The position numbers were made by a program, and so were the translations under genes. A stretch of DNA of 64,000 bases. Source: Tubiluchus corallicola (Eukaryota; Animalia; Priapulida). The stretch covers positions 1 to 64,000 of the forward strand of contig JAQGDQ010000910.1 of the NCBI GenBank assembly GCA_030141605.1, in the 5' to 3' direction. The notes beneath the pieces are model-generated. The model worked only from the letters and a program-made list of their open reading frames with translations, was not told the origin of the DNA and made no database searches. This document shows, in pieces, positions 37,938 through 49,860 of this stretch (the first letter of the stretch is position 1; the number at the start of each line of letters is the position of its first letter).

Positions 37938-38774
37938 CAGTCTAACCTCGTTATCTCGCCACTGTCCGTCTAGGGCAAATTTTTGGCGAGAGGCGAGTAT
38001 GGCGAGATAATGGGAATATAACGAAGTTAGTCTATATGTATATACATAATAGTTGATTAACATAGTGTTCCTCTATGTACATATAAAATATATTTCGCAT
38101 TATGATACCAATCAACATTAAATCAGAAATGAAAAAATGTCATAAAAATAATCTTAGAATGTTACTTTCTTTACTCGCTATTATATCTCCTACACTTCTC
38201 CGGCTAACAGTGTCACCAAATTTCGCGCTAAATACAGTAGCAATTTCCTGCTGTGTCTTTGAAGAATTATTCGTATGATAAATACAAATTTCCTTTTTTT
38301 GTTCAGGATTAAGACAAAACAGTTTTCGCTTCAGAGACATCATGAAAAGTTGCTCACACTTTGTGGAAACTCAAACTTAAACGCAGCTTTGGTGTTATAG
38401 AGTAAGGATATCGGAGACGCTTTAGTTTCCCTGCGCATTAACCAACCACAGCACTCCTAATCTAATCCTGGTGAGACACACACTAGATTAATTATGTCTG
38501 TCTATCGAGTACAGCAGCATTGTCTACATACCGCGGTTATATTGATCGACACGCAGTATATGTATTGATCGATTCACCTCTGAGTTTGTCTGTTTGGCGA
38601 CATAACGAATATAGTTTACATAAGCACTCATCCTAGCATGACGTGGCGAGGGCGAGAAGCGAGGGTGGCGACTTAACGAGGTAAATATCAAAGCAGGAAA
38701 TCCGTCCTGGTACTTTCTATGGCGAGAGACGAGTTTGGCGGCATAACGAGGGGCGAGATAACGAGGCTAGACTG
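37938..38774 (-). mobile_element. Internally deleted pogo/Tigger element retaining the CENP-B-type N-terminal HTH
   Basis: TA|cagtctaacctcgttatctcgcc ... ggcgagataacgaggctagactg|TA. ORF 38140-38343 reads LNPEQKKEICIYH...TQQEIATVFSAKFG..VSRRSVGDII. Confidence 0.88.
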
Positions 38775-39510
38775 TACTAAGATTTGTAAACTGTAATGTA
38801 ATAATGCAACATAATTATAATGTCAGACCACATTGACGGTAATATTTAACATTTAACAACAACTCATCACACATCTTTGTGTACATTGTACCAGCTAAGC
38901 ACAAAAAGGAATCAATTTTTTATTAGAAGCTTCGCGGTACCTGTAATCATTTCTAGTTTGCTCCACGTCACAATCATGGGGGTGTGATATTTTTTAAATA
39001 AAGTGGATTTATTTGGTTATGGACGGCGTTACATCTTGTTTTGTTACTTCTCTTTTGTTACTACCGGGAGTGCATTTACCAATACCAACTCGGAAAATGC
39101 ATATCCTTTTATATGCAACACACCACAAGCAGTTACCGAGTTTGCTTTTACATAAAAGCCAGAGCAAACAATTAGGTTATATAAAATTACGTGTACGCCT
39201 GCTTGGACGTAAGCACCATGTAAATAACAGTAACCACATAGCATTAAATAAGTGTTACTAATACACCACAAGTAATTCTGTTTTGCATTTATACATAAGA
39301 AACCATAAATCCATGATAAAGATAAGCAAGACTGAACTATCATAAGGAGATTTTCCATTAATCATATTGATTTCTACATATATATAAACAAACGAAGCAT
39401 TTTTGGGAATGTTCAGTATTTCTTTTCACGATATTTTTTTACACAAAAATATTTCAGTAAGTACAATCAAAATTTTACCATAATTTCTACGTTTTGAGGT
39501 ACTTTCCTAT

Positions 39511-39825
39511 CTAAAAATCGTTTGCAAGGCAAAAATATTCAAAACTTTTACATAATTTCCAGGATTCTTCCGAAACATTGTTCTTCAATGCAACAAATTT
39601 AAGGCTAAGACATGGTTTCCATGGAAACACATTCGGCTTAGGATGCAAAACGAATTTAGCATGTCCAGGGAAATATGACGTCTCAACACATGATAAACAG
39701 AAGCCATCTACAGCGAAAACATAACATTGTATCATCATTGCACGAATTACCTCCGAAGCGGAGTCATTCCGAAAAAAACTTGCATAATCAACAATAAAAA
39801 AATGGCGAAAATTAGTTCCTGACAT
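39511..39825 (-). CDS. Orphan ORF, 104 aa, downstream of DKC1 on the same strand
   Basis: aaaaATGT start context and a non-repetitive, globular-looking sequence. No confident family match. Confidence 0.25.
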   Translation of the reverse strand: MSGTNFRHFFIVDYASFFRNDSASEVIRAMMIQCYVFAVDGFCLSCVETSYFPGHAKFVLHPKPNVFPWKPCLSLKFVALKNNVSEESWKLCKSFEYFCLANDF

Positions 39826-39864
39826 TTTTCAAAATCATTTTAACAGTTCTAACTTTTAACGAGT

Positions 39865-40002
39865 TCTCTCTCTCTCTCTCCCCCCTCTCTCCACCCTCTC
39901 TCTCTTTCTCTCTCCCCATGTCTTTCTCTCTCTCCCCTCTCTCTCTTTCTCTCTCTCTCCCCCTCTCTCTTTCTCTCTCTCTCCCCCCCTCTCTCTCTCT
40001 CT
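39865..40002. repeat. Imperfect (CT)n microsatellite
   Basis: Directly visible. Confidence 0.9.
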
Positions 40003-41153
40003 GTTAATCATTTTAACAGTCCTGTTTTAGGTGAACAAAAGTAATTCGTTGGTAATATGGCCGCATTACTTTCAACATTTAATACAAACCTGTATGGTAC
40101 AGAAAGTTCTCGCTTAACGACTCGCTTTGTTGGAATACATTAGCATTCTCAAGGGAGAAATTCCTGCACTCTGGTGGTGAAAATCAGCGATTGTTAATTA
40201 AAGATAACTCAAGAGTTGCTTACTGACGAGGAAAATGAATTCTGAAAATGCAAATAACAGCCAGCCCCGACTTAGAGGAAGACAGGATGATTTTTCATGT
40301 ACTACCCCATTTTCAAGTCCGATAAAAAGTATACATTTTAACTCCAATTAATAATGCAAAAGCCTTTCTGATAAAAAACTAACATAATTTTCAACAGCAA
40401 AAATATTCCACCAGCATGTTGCACATGTTTGCGAAAGCGAAAATTGAAGTACATTGCTACTGTAGGAGATTCAGTGTTTTGAACTAAAACTAGGCAGGCT
40501 TTAAGATAAAAATTTACATTTCAAATTTAACGCAGTGCTCAACCACTGCGCACTTGAGCTGTCGAACCTGTGTAGTTCATCACAAACTAACATATCTGAA
40601 CCTGTTATTGTGCAATGCATTTCAAAAATGCAGCGCCAGTGCCTGTCTAACTGGCAAAATGCATCTAGCAACTAAGAACTAATTGTGCGAACGTAAACTT
40701 GTGTGGTAAGAATTCTTTCACAGAAGTAACTTTTGAAAAAATAGTATGTTTCCTTTCGATATTTTAAATAGATTGTTTGACCTGCGGTTTAAGATTAGGT
40801 CCGGTTTTGCTTTAAGCAAAGACATGCTTTTATTTAGACAAAAACATCGGCAACCTTTCGGTGAGTTACGGTCAAATTAGAAATGTCAGTTTGCTCCTTA
40901 TAATACGTTGATTTCTGTAATTTTTATTCACTGTAATTTTATTTAGTTGGATTGTCGGGTGAACATGACCGTAACTGGTCGAAAAGTTGCCAATGTTTGC
41001 GTCATCGGTGTTGGCTGTTATTTTCATTTTAATAACTCAGGATAAAACTTGATCAATGAGCAAAAACTGATTGTTCTTCAAGAAATTTTCAAGAACAAAC
41101 ACTTCATAACTTGTAATGCAATTTATAGAACGCGAAATTTTTTACTTGGCAAC

Positions 41154-43100
41154 TTAGTCCAGCTCCTCGTACTTGCTTTTCTTTTTCTTCTTTTTCTCTG
41201 ATTTCGGCGTAGACACGTCAGTTTCCCCGTGTCCGTCCTTGTGACGTTTCTCACCTCCTTCAGGTGTAACCGCATCGCCGGCTGAAAGTAGTCCACTGGA
41301 ATCGAGATGCTTTTCTTTATGTCTCTTCTCTGATTTTGGAGTCTCATTTGAGTCTGCAGCTTCCTTGTGTTTTTCTTTATGCTTTTTCTTCGACTTCGGG
41401 GTCGTCACGTCAACAGCATCATGAGACTCGTTCAACTTGTCATGTTTTTCTTTATGCTTCTTCTTTGACTTCGGGGTCGTCACGTCGACAGGATCGTGAG
41501 ACTCGTTCAACTCCGCATGCTTTTCTTTATGTTTTTTCTTTTTATGTACCTTGCTGGCAGAAGCGTCCGTACTCGTGTCCAACATACCCTTCTCAACAGT
41601 TGCCGTCTCGCTTTCCGACTGCTTGTGTTTCTTCTTTTTCTTCACCTTTTTCTCCGGCGCTTCGGCAATCACGTCGGAAGTTGTTTCCGTCTTGATTTTT
41701 GAAACCGGAGCAACATTTTGCTCGGCGCTACTCGAGCTGCTCGAGGACGACTTCCTTTTTCTTTTAACGCCAGTAGTCGCTTGGCCGTCTTCTGCTGCTT
41801 CCGATTTTGGCTCTGCTGCCGATTTTGGCTCCTCATCCTCTTTCTTAATTGCCGTGCTGTAATACTCGTACGTATCAGTCCAATCTTTGGGTGTTTTTTC
41901 ATTGGGTTTACCGTGAGCATCTAATAGACCTTCCTTTACCATTTTCTTCTTCATGGTAGCTTTTGGTCCAAGACCCCACTTGCGGGGGTACGTGTCACGC
42001 TCCATGATAACTCGTTTGATTTTTGCTACCACTCCGTGGTCACATGTGCACATTACGGCTGTAGTCATGAGGGCTACGGCCAGGGCGATAGCCTCACCTT
42101 TAGTTGTGACGATGACGATTTCTTGATTTAACTCTATCCCGTCCTCATATCGGAGAACACCAGGAAGCATAATCTTAGCTCCATAACACACGGCATTCAC
42201 CGCACTGTCTTTCATTATGATTCGCTTGTGAGAAGTCAGCAAAGCTTCTAATGGGTTGATTACTCGACGGAGGTACGTTTCGTCTTTGTGGTTATCGTAC
42301 AGCCACTGTGCGTCCATAATGTCGTGCATTGTCACTAGATTATCTTTCTCGGAAACAATGCCGGAGCGCACTCGTCGGAGCTCTTGCATTTGTCCACCCA
42401 CTCCCATTAACAATCCCAGATGTACACACAATGTTCGTACGTACGTTCCCGCTTCGCAGCTCATCCAAAAAACGCCCATATTTTGCTCACTGTTGAACTG
42501 CAGTAATTTGCTTTCATAAATAGTTCGTACACGCAGCTGCCGCTTCACTGCCGCGATGATGGGAGGTCTTTGAAACAGTGCACCAGTCAATGTTTCAACT
42601 GCTTGTGCAACTTTAGCTTCGCTTTCTACAGGACTGTGAAATCGCACTATAGACACATACTCTTTGCCTGCACTTTGCTGAGATTTTACAAGACGGGTGG
42701 CTCTTTCGATACATACAATTAAACAACCCGTAACCTTCGGATCCAAAGTTCCACTATGGCCAGTTTTTTGTACTCTCAATATTCTTTTTATCCACGAAAC
42801 AACTTCGTGAGAAGAAGGGTTTGCTGGTTTGTCCAAATTACAAAAACCACTTTTAACGTATTCAGAAATATCTCGTTTGAGAGGAGAACATCCAAAGGGT
42901 AGCGGAGTGTAATGCATAGATCTGACGTTTAACTTATCAAAATTTTTCAACAATAACGGCCACTGCGACGTAGAAAGTGTTACAGGCTTTGTCGAGGGCT
43001 CGACTTCAAACTTTCCTTTGTGTTGAAGTTCACCTAAATCATCTTTACTGGTTTTATTTGACAATTGAGAACGCGGCGATAAAACCACGTTATTCGCCAT
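41154..43100 (-). CDS. DKC1: Dyskerin / H/ACA RNP pseudouridine synthase (Cbf5), 648 aa, intronless CDS
   Basis: [39 protein letters not shown] (catalytic Asp), [14 protein letters not shown] domain and [18 protein letters not shown], then a Lys-rich tail. Confidence 0.98.
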   Translation of the reverse strand: MANNVVLSPRSQLSNKTSKDDLGELQHKGKFEVEPSTKPVTLSTSQWPLLLKNFDKLNVRSMHYTPLPFGCSPLKRDISEYVKSGFCNLDKPANPSSHEVVSWIKRILRVQKTGHSGTLDPKVTGCLIVCIERATRLVKSQQSAGKEYVSIVRFHSPVESEAKVAQAVETLTGALFQRPPIIAAVKRQLRVRTIYESKLLQFNSEQNMGVFWMSCEAGTYVRTLCVHLGLLMGVGGQMQELRRVRSGIVSEKDNLVTMHDIMDAQWLYDNHKDETYLRRVINPLEALLTSHKRIIMKDSAVNAVCYGAKIMLPGVLRYEDGIELNQEIVIVTTKGEAIALAVALMTTAVMCTCDHGVVAKIKRVIMERDTYPRKWGLGPKATMKKKMVKEGLLDAHGKPNEKTPKDWTDTYEYYSTAIKKEDEEPKSAAEPKSEAAEDGQATTGVKRKRKSSSSSSSSAEQNVAPVSKIKTETTSDVIAEAPEKKVKKKKKHKQSESETATVEKGMLDTSTDASASKVHKKKKHKEKHAELNESHDPVDVTTPKSKKKHKEKHDKLNESHDAVDVTTPKSKKKHKEKHKEAADSNETPKSEKRHKEKHLDSSGLLSAGDAVTPEGGEKRHKDGHGETDVSTPKSEKKKKKKSKYEELD

Positions 43101-43959
43101 CTCGCCTCATCGAAAAACTCCCAGTGTAAAGACGCACTGGAGTAAACTTGCCCACATTTTACACGGCAACCAGGCTTGAACCGGCCAGCCAAAAACAGGC
43201 AACCATAACGCCAATTTTGCTTCTCAGTGACTGCACAAACAAATAACATTTTCAGAATATATAAAAATGGCAAAAAGATTCGCTTTACACACAAGCCTTA
43301 TTGTTGGAAGCGGAGTAAAACACTAGCCGAAGTAGGACAATTACTGATCTAGTAAAGCGGCAACTACTAAATTTGGATTGGATATCAATCTTTTTGAAGT
43401 AAAATAAGTCCGCTTTTTAGGCAATTCCAACATCTGCTTAAGGTATACCTATTTTTTATTTTGTCTCGCTTCACAGACAGGTGATAAGTTTCACTACCTC
43501 TTGAACAAATAATTGTTTTCCACTAACGGTAGCTAGTAAGTAACGAGTAAACAGCCTAGTAAGCTATGTGCCCTACATGGTTTCTCTCTTTAAAGCATTG
43601 GGTTCTTTAGGGTTAATATTATGTTGATATTAACGGTGCTAATAATAATGATGATGATAATATTATTGTAAAAATGCATTTGTAAATTGTCAATGACTAT
43701 CCATCGTTATTATAAAATTTCTTTTTTTTAAACAAATTTAGTTTTTTGTTTTATTATATAATATTTATCAATTCTCGACAGAAATCTTCAATGCCCTACT
43801 TTGGCTTCCCATGTATGACACTGCTTTTTTGCGCATGCATTTTAGCAGAAGTGTCCTACTTCAGCTAGTGGCATACTCTATGCCTACACTTACCTTTTTT
43901 GAAAAAGTTTGAAAACTGGTAACTCATTTGTTTCCTGAAAATCCTTATGCAACCAGCAC

Positions 43960-44550
43960 ATTAAAAGTCATTCGCAGGACATTACATCCATGTCATCAAC
44001 ATATCAAAGAAAGAGTATATCAAGCCCTGGTCAGATCCAAACTAAAATAAGGCATTGCAGTCTGGAACATATACACAATCACTGACATCAAGCGCATTGA
44101 GCAAGTCCAGTGAAATGCAGCACTTAGTACGAAATGAATATACCAGAAATGCTGATCTATCTAGGGTGATCTCCGAACTTGGGTGGGAAACTAGAGATTA
44201 GACGACCACAAATGATACTAAATGCCTTTCATGATATAGTGGATCACAGGGTAGGTATAAATTTACCAACTTACATCACACCATCTCTCAAAGATAACAA
44301 CAAATTTGTTCATCCATCAGCAGGAGTCAATATTTATTTATACTCCTACCCCAGAGTAATACGTTTGTGGAACAAACTTACACTGGATATTAGAGAAATC
44401 ACTTCTAGAAATCACTTTCGAATACTAGGTGCCTCTGCTGTTTCTACCATGATGGTACCATCCCACATAACCTGTCTGTAAATCTAACTGTGGTTTTGGT
44501 CCACAACCACCATGTTTGTTTTGCTTGTTTCACCTCTTTGTCATAACCTC
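43960..44550 (+). mobile_element. Decayed CR1/L2-like LINE 3' fragment
   Basis: Interrupted translation RTLHPCHQHIKERVYQALVRSKLK*GIAVWNIYT..DIKRIEQVQ*NA, and YSYPRVIRLWNKL. Confidence 0.7.
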
Positions 44551-45003
44551 TAATACCATCACCAGTTAGCAAGTTGCAGCCTGTATGCTAACCATGTGCA
44601 CGCCAAGATTTCTAGTATGTCGTCAGAGACTTTTTAGAAATATATTATTCAAGACTTCAAAAACATCTGCTTTGACAAACAATTTAATATAATTTTTATT
44701 CATTTTAGAAATATTACATTACAAAATATAATGATATTCAGCATCTACTTCATGACAAGCATTACATTTACTCTCATTCTAACTTCATTATCATCAATTA
44801 TCGCATTAAAAGGCTGATACCGTCGTATTGTATTTATGGACCACAACGTTGTTTTGGTGCGGACTGTAAATTAGCATTTTGGTGCGGGGCAAAACCGGTG
44901 TAAGGTTCCATATTTGCGTTAACGGCGCCGTTGAAGGTTAACATCGTGAAAATTTAAAAGTAAACGAGTTTAAGCTTTGTGTAAGTGCTGTAAAAACGAA
45001 ATC

Positions 45004-47136
45004 ATGACGGATCCTGCACGGACTTTAAGGGGCTTAGATCCCAAGTTTAAAGATTATACTCCGATGGATCGTGGTTTGTCTGCGATGGCAGAGAATCGTT
45101 GGTCATTTGAAGTTGCTTGGGAAGTGGCCAATAAAGTTGGTGGCATATACACAGTGATACGCACCAAAGCAGCTGTTAGTATGGAAGAGTTAGGAGATCG
45201 CTATTGCCTTATAGGACCGTATAATGATGCTTGTGTTAGGACAGAAGTTGAAATTATTCAACCAGATGACACTATAATGCTCAAATGTATTAGAAAAATG
45301 AATGATTACGGGTTTAAGTGTTTCTATGGTCGCTGGCTCATCGATGGCTATCCTCAAGTGGTGCTTTTTGATATCGGTTCTGCAGCTTGGAAACTTGATG
45401 AATGGAAGAAGGAATTTTGGGAAGCAGCGAAAGTCGGTATTCCGTGGCAGGATAGGGAGTCGAATGATGCCATTATTTTTGGCTTTCTAGTTGCCGCCTT
45501 TCTTGGCGAGTTCAGCGCTCGTTCTCAGGATGAAACGGAGTCGCGACCGTTAATCACTGCCCATTTTCACGAGTGGCTATCCAGTGTGGGACTTATCATG
45601 TCTCGTGCAAGACGATACGATGTAGCTACAATCTTCACAACTCACGCTACGCTACTGGGACGCTATCTCTGTGCCGGATCGGCGGATTTCTACAATCACA
45701 TAAGCTCCTTTGATTTAGACAAGGAAGCGGGCGAGCGCGGTATTTATCATCGCTATTGCATGGAGCGTGCCGCGTCGCACGTTTGTCACCAGTTTACCAC
45801 GGTTAGCGACATTACGGGATACGAAGCCGAACATTTGCTGCAGAGAAAGCCCGATATAATCACGCCAAACGGTCTGAATGTCATAAAGTTTGCCGCTCTT
45901 CACGAGTTTCAGAATCTGCATGCTATTTCAAAGGATAAAATAAACGACTTTATTAGAGGTCATTTTTACGGGCACCACAATTTTAATTTGGACAAAACTA
46001 TCTACTTCTTCATTGCTGGAAGATACGAGTTTACGAACAAAGGGGCGGACGTTTTCATAGAATCTTTGTCTAGATTGAATCACTATCTCAAATCGGCCAG
46101 TAGCGAAGTAACGGTCATTGCTTTTCTTATCTTTCCTGCGAGAACAAATAATTTCAACGTCGAATCGCTACGAGGGCAGGCCATCGTCAAGTCCTTGAAA
46201 GATACCGTTCAGAGCATCAAAGAGAAGATCGGTCACCGCATGTTTGATATTTGCTTGAGCGGTTCCGTGCCGACGGGCGAAGACATCTTGAAGACCGAGG
46301 ATGTCGTGAAGTTGAAGCGCTGTATGTTTGCGGCGCAGAGGAGCTCGCTTCCGCCAATATGCACGCATAATATGGCCGACGATTTGAACGATCCGGTGTT
46401 GAGCAACATTCGCCGTTGCCAGATGTTTAACAACAGAAACGACAGGGTCAAAGTTGTTTTCCACCCGGAGTTCTTGTCGTCCACTAGTCCGCTGCTAGGT
46501 CTGGATTATGAAGAGTTTGTCAGGGGTTGTCATCTGGGAGTCTTCCCGTCGTATTACGAACCCTGGGGTTACACGCCCGCCGAATGTACCGTCATGGGCA
46601 TTCCGTCGATATCCACAAACTTGTCCGGATTCGGATGCTTCATGCAGGAGCACGTGGCCGATCCGCAAAGCTACGGAATCTACATCGTCGACCGGCGTTT
46701 CAAGACGTCCGAGGAATCCATCCGCCAGATGGCGCAGATGATGTACGACTTCACTTGTCTGAGCCGCCGTCAGCGCATCATACAGAGGAACCGCACGGAG
46801 CGACTCTCCGAGCTGCTGGATTGGCAGAATCTCGGCACGTACTACCGACGCGTTCGCAGGATGGCGCTGAAGGAAGTCTATCCGGAGTTTTTCCTGGAGG
46901 AAAGCGATCGGATATCGGTCACCAGCTTGAGATACAAGTTTCCACGCCCGCCGTCGGCGCTCCCGTCCCCGACGAGCTCAAGAACGTCGACGCCTCCGCC
47001 GTCGGATGGAGAGAATAATGAAGAAGAAGAAGATGAAGACGATTCTGGAGGTTTGGTGTTCAAGCCGTCAACGACGCCAGATGTTGATGAGGTTTATGAA
47101 AATGAAATTATGTCGGCTAGAGATGATACTAATTAA
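45004..47136 (+). CDS. GYS: Glycogen synthase (GT3 family), 710 aa from the first ATG, intronless CDS
   Basis: [52 protein letters not shown] and [15 protein letters not shown], plus the C-terminal SxxxS ladder. The ORF-track start at 44977 is not an ATG. Confidence 0.98.
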   Translation: MTDPARTLRGLDPKFKDYTPMDRGLSAMAENRWSFEVAWEVANKVGGIYTVIRTKAAVSMEELGDRYCLIGPYNDACVRTEVEIIQPDDTIMLKCIRKMNDYGFKCFYGRWLIDGYPQVVLFDIGSAAWKLDEWKKEFWEAAKVGIPWQDRESNDAIIFGFLVAAFLGEFSARSQDETESRPLITAHFHEWLSSVGLIMSRARRYDVATIFTTHATLLGRYLCAGSADFYNHISSFDLDKEAGERGIYHRYCMERAASHVCHQFTTVSDITGYEAEHLLQRKPDIITPNGLNVIKFAALHEFQNLHAISKDKINDFIRGHFYGHHNFNLDKTIYFFIAGRYEFTNKGADVFIESLSRLNHYLKSASSEVTVIAFLIFPARTNNFNVESLRGQAIVKSLKDTVQSIKEKIGHRMFDICLSGSVPTGEDILKTEDVVKLKRCMFAAQRSSLPPICTHNMADDLNDPVLSNIRRCQMFNNRNDRVKVVFHPEFLSSTSPLLGLDYEEFVRGCHLGVFPSYYEPWGYTPAECTVMGIPSISTNLSGFGCFMQEHVADPQSYGIYIVDRRFKTSEESIRQMAQMMYDFTCLSRRQRIIQRNRTERLSELLDWQNLGTYYRRVRRMALKEVYPEFFLEESDRISVTSLRYKFPRPPSALPSPTSSRTSTPPPSDGENNEEEEDEDDSGGLVFKPSTTPDVDEVYENEIMSARDDTN

Positions 47137-47286
47137 TTAGCTAGCCCCGTTAGCATCATTATTTGCATGTAGATTAAGTAGGGATGTTTATCGTGTTTTT
47201 AAATTTATTCTGCTCTCTGTTCACTTTACACAACTTGTCATCACACTGTAGCCTCCGTTGTTTACCACATGCACAAAAATGTTATT

Positions 47287-47778
47287 CTTCTTCTTCCCAG
47301 CTTTCCCCTATGTGGGGTCGCCGTTGTGAATGAGTCTTCTCCACGCATTCCTGTGGTTGACCATCTCTTCATTTATGTCTTCCCTTCCCACATGATCCTC
47401 ACTGACTCTTCTTTTCAGGTGTCCATACCATCGCAATCTTGTGAGGCTTCCACTACTTTTACTGTTCCTCTGATATTATCATTTCTAATTTTATCTCTTC
47501 TTGTTATTCCCACCATCCATCTCAACATCCTCATCTCCACCACACCCATTTTCTTCTCTTCGGTCTTCTTTAGAGAAGCTGCTTCCAGCCCATAGATTAG
47601 AGCGGGTCTGACCACTTCTTTGTGGACTTTACCTTTAAGTCTCACCGACTCATTCATAGGAGGTTTTGGCGCAGTTTTTACAGGCGGATGCCCTTCTTGA
47701 CCCTAACCCTCCCTATTTATCCGGGCTTGGGACCGGCACTGAGTTGGGCTGGCTTGCCCCCCCCCCAGTAGCTAGGTT
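47287..47778 (-). mobile_element. Internally deleted RTE-clade retroelement (492 bp): twister 5' head, ORF C-terminal remnant, (GAA)n tail
   Basis: 18-bp TSD atgcacaaaaatgttatt at 47269-47286 and 47779-47796. Peptide KGKVHKEVVRPALIYGLE...EMRMLRWMVGITRRDKIRN. Ends gcgaccccacatagggg...gaagaagaag. Confidence 0.92.
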
Positions 47779-47779
47779 A
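47707..47779 (-). ncRNA. Twister self-cleaving ribozyme (P1 type with a P3 hairpin; 5' strand of P1 absent)
   Basis: U^AA-CCUA-GC-U-ACUG(G9)CAAGCCAGCCCAACU-CAGU-GCCGGUCCCAAGCCCGGAUAAA-UAGG-GAGGG. P2 = CCUA/UAGG, P3 is closed by ACUG/CAGU, P4 = CCGG/CCGG, and both pseudoknots (CCC:GGG, GC:GC) can form. Confidence 0.85.
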
Positions 47780-48684
47780 TGCACAAAAATGTTATTAAGA
47801 GATTTTTTACCGGGATATTTAATTGTAAACTGATTGTCAACTTAGCTTGCCATAGATTACCACTCCGAATGTAATTTAGTCAGAATTAAGCTACCTCATT
47901 TTTGCTAATATAGAAAGGTGCAGGTTGAAAAATTAAATGGTTTACTTACAGTCTAGGTAGTATTTAAGTATGTATTTTTGCGGTACTCATTTAGGAAAAC
48001 TAAATACAGTTTTTGCAGTACATAATGTAGTGCTTATGTAGTAGCATGGATTTTGTACCACGACGTACGCGAACGTTTGCTATAGATTACAGCTACTTTC
48101 GTAGGTATTTTGTGCAACTGTGGTTGAATCGATGCTCAAAAATATGTGTCAAAGGCCCTCTACTGGCCTAACTTGAGAACTGTCTGTCGTGTGTGCTAGT
48201 AGATTGTCTGATGGTACGTAGATATGTTAAAGAAGAGTTTTCTTTACCGTATTTAACCGATTGACCTATCTTTGAACTTATTAAATTATCCGCTTGCATT
48301 TAGCTTAAATTCTTGTGAGATTAAAGTAGCAGTATTCTGTAATGTTTGTTGTGTAAGCCCGGTAGATGGTACTGTAGTGCAAGCAAAATGAAGTTGCAAT
48401 GCTATTTATCAACACCATTAGTGAACAGATTAAAAATAAGGTACAAAAGTGTTAAGTATGCTGTTGTTACTAGCTGAATGATTATGCTGCGTGTTGATAA
48501 GTTTTGTTTTATAAACTTACATGTTTAGCGTTACATTTTTGTCATTTTCGTTACCTTGTTAAGTATCTTGTGCTAAGTTATACGATAATCACATTTTTTG
48601 TGCAAACTTAAATTAATACTAGAACTTCTAAGCGCTATTACTTGTTAAGTTTGTGTTCTGTGTAATAAAGATACGAATGTAGTT

Positions 48685-49003
48685 AAATAGCAAATTATAT
48701 CGTTTTTTATTTCTTTGCGCACATCTGCCTAATATGGTTTAGGAAGTCAACCCGTTTCTTGAACACTAAGCAACTTTGCTTCCGATGAGTATTTGTATGG
48801 GTGACAGGAGGTCTGTGTTTAAGAATTTAACCATTTTTTTTGAATAGCAAATTATATCGTTTTTTATTTCTTCGCACACGTCTACCTAATACGATTTAGG
48901 AAGTCAACCCGTTTCTTGAGCACTAAGCAACTTTGCTTCCGATGAGTATTTGTATGGGTGACAGGAGGTCTGTGTTTGAGCATTAAACATTTTTTTGAAT
49001 AGC
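48685..49003 (+). repeat. Tandem duplication (~157 bp x2) containing degenerate 5S-like sequence
   Basis: aatagcaaattatatcg...cactaagcaac...agtatttgtatgggtgac occurs twice. The 5S resemblance is weak. Confidence 0.7.
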
Positions 49004-49234
49004 GTGTTTCGCCAAACTCTTGTGTGCATGCGACTTACTGTCTAAACGTATCCTTCTCTTTTGAAAAAGCAAGAAATTATGTTTTTACTGAAATTCTTTT
49101 GCTTGAAAGTGCATTTGGTCATCAAGAATAATTACGGCTGTAAAAATCGGACGTATTTAGAAAGGTTGACATTGCAGTCTGACCACATGCAGTTTGACCA
49201 TGCTTGAATTAAGCAGACATCGTGGAGATCTTAT

Positions 49235-49590
49235 TATTATTATTGTGAGTTTATTTCGTATAAAAATATACAGTTTACAAAGATAAAGATGTTGGTAAAA
49301 CAGGTAATACAATGTTAGTAAAGTAACATCTACAGACATTCAACTTTATAATAACCACACATTGTAGTTCCCTTGTAATTATATTACAGTATACAGTGTT
49401 GTAAGAAGCTGTAATAGATATCTTAAAACAAAATCTTTAAATGAGTTCTTAACCTTTAATTTTACATTTTCATTTAGATCTACAGTACAACCATATTTAA
49501 ATCTTAAATTTACTTGACTGTTATTTAATTAGTAGCATAGCTTTGGAATTCTCAATGTGCAAGAGTTTACAGTTTAATTTTCGACTATCT
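49235..49590 (-). mobile_element. Third copy of the dispersed LINE-like 3' fragment
   Basis: Colinear with 5030-5390. Confidence 0.75.
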
Positions 49591-49649
49591 ATACTTATTG
49601 AAGTATATAAAGTATTAACTAGAAAAGAAAAAAATTGCTGGACAATTCT

Positions 49650-49860
49650 TTCATTTAGTCGTTGATTCTAAAACTAGGGGACATGGTTTAAAACTGTTTA
49701 AAGAGCGGTCATGTCTTGACGTTCGTAAATTTATTTTCATGTGTTGACATTCACTTTCTGTGAGAGTTGTGAATTAAACAGAATATTTTGCTTGTCTTGG
49801 TGATTACCGTGCCAACCCCTGTAAAGTTTAAATCCTTAATCGACAGTTATTTGTGAAAAA
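49650..49860 (+). mobile_element. CR1-like LINE 3' remnant
   Basis: Translates TRGHGLKLFKERSCLDVRKF, a typical CR1 C-terminal motif. Confidence 0.65.

Noticed and set aside
40222-40260. CTGACGA...GAAA hammerhead-like core
   Set aside because: No plausible stem I or stem III.
44977-45003. ORF-track N-terminal extension of glycogen synthase
   Set aside because: Non-ATG start. The first ATG at 45004 is preferred.
41336-47063. Antisense and alternative-frame ORFs overlapping DKC1 and GYS
   Set aside because: Expected shadows of GC-rich coding sequence.
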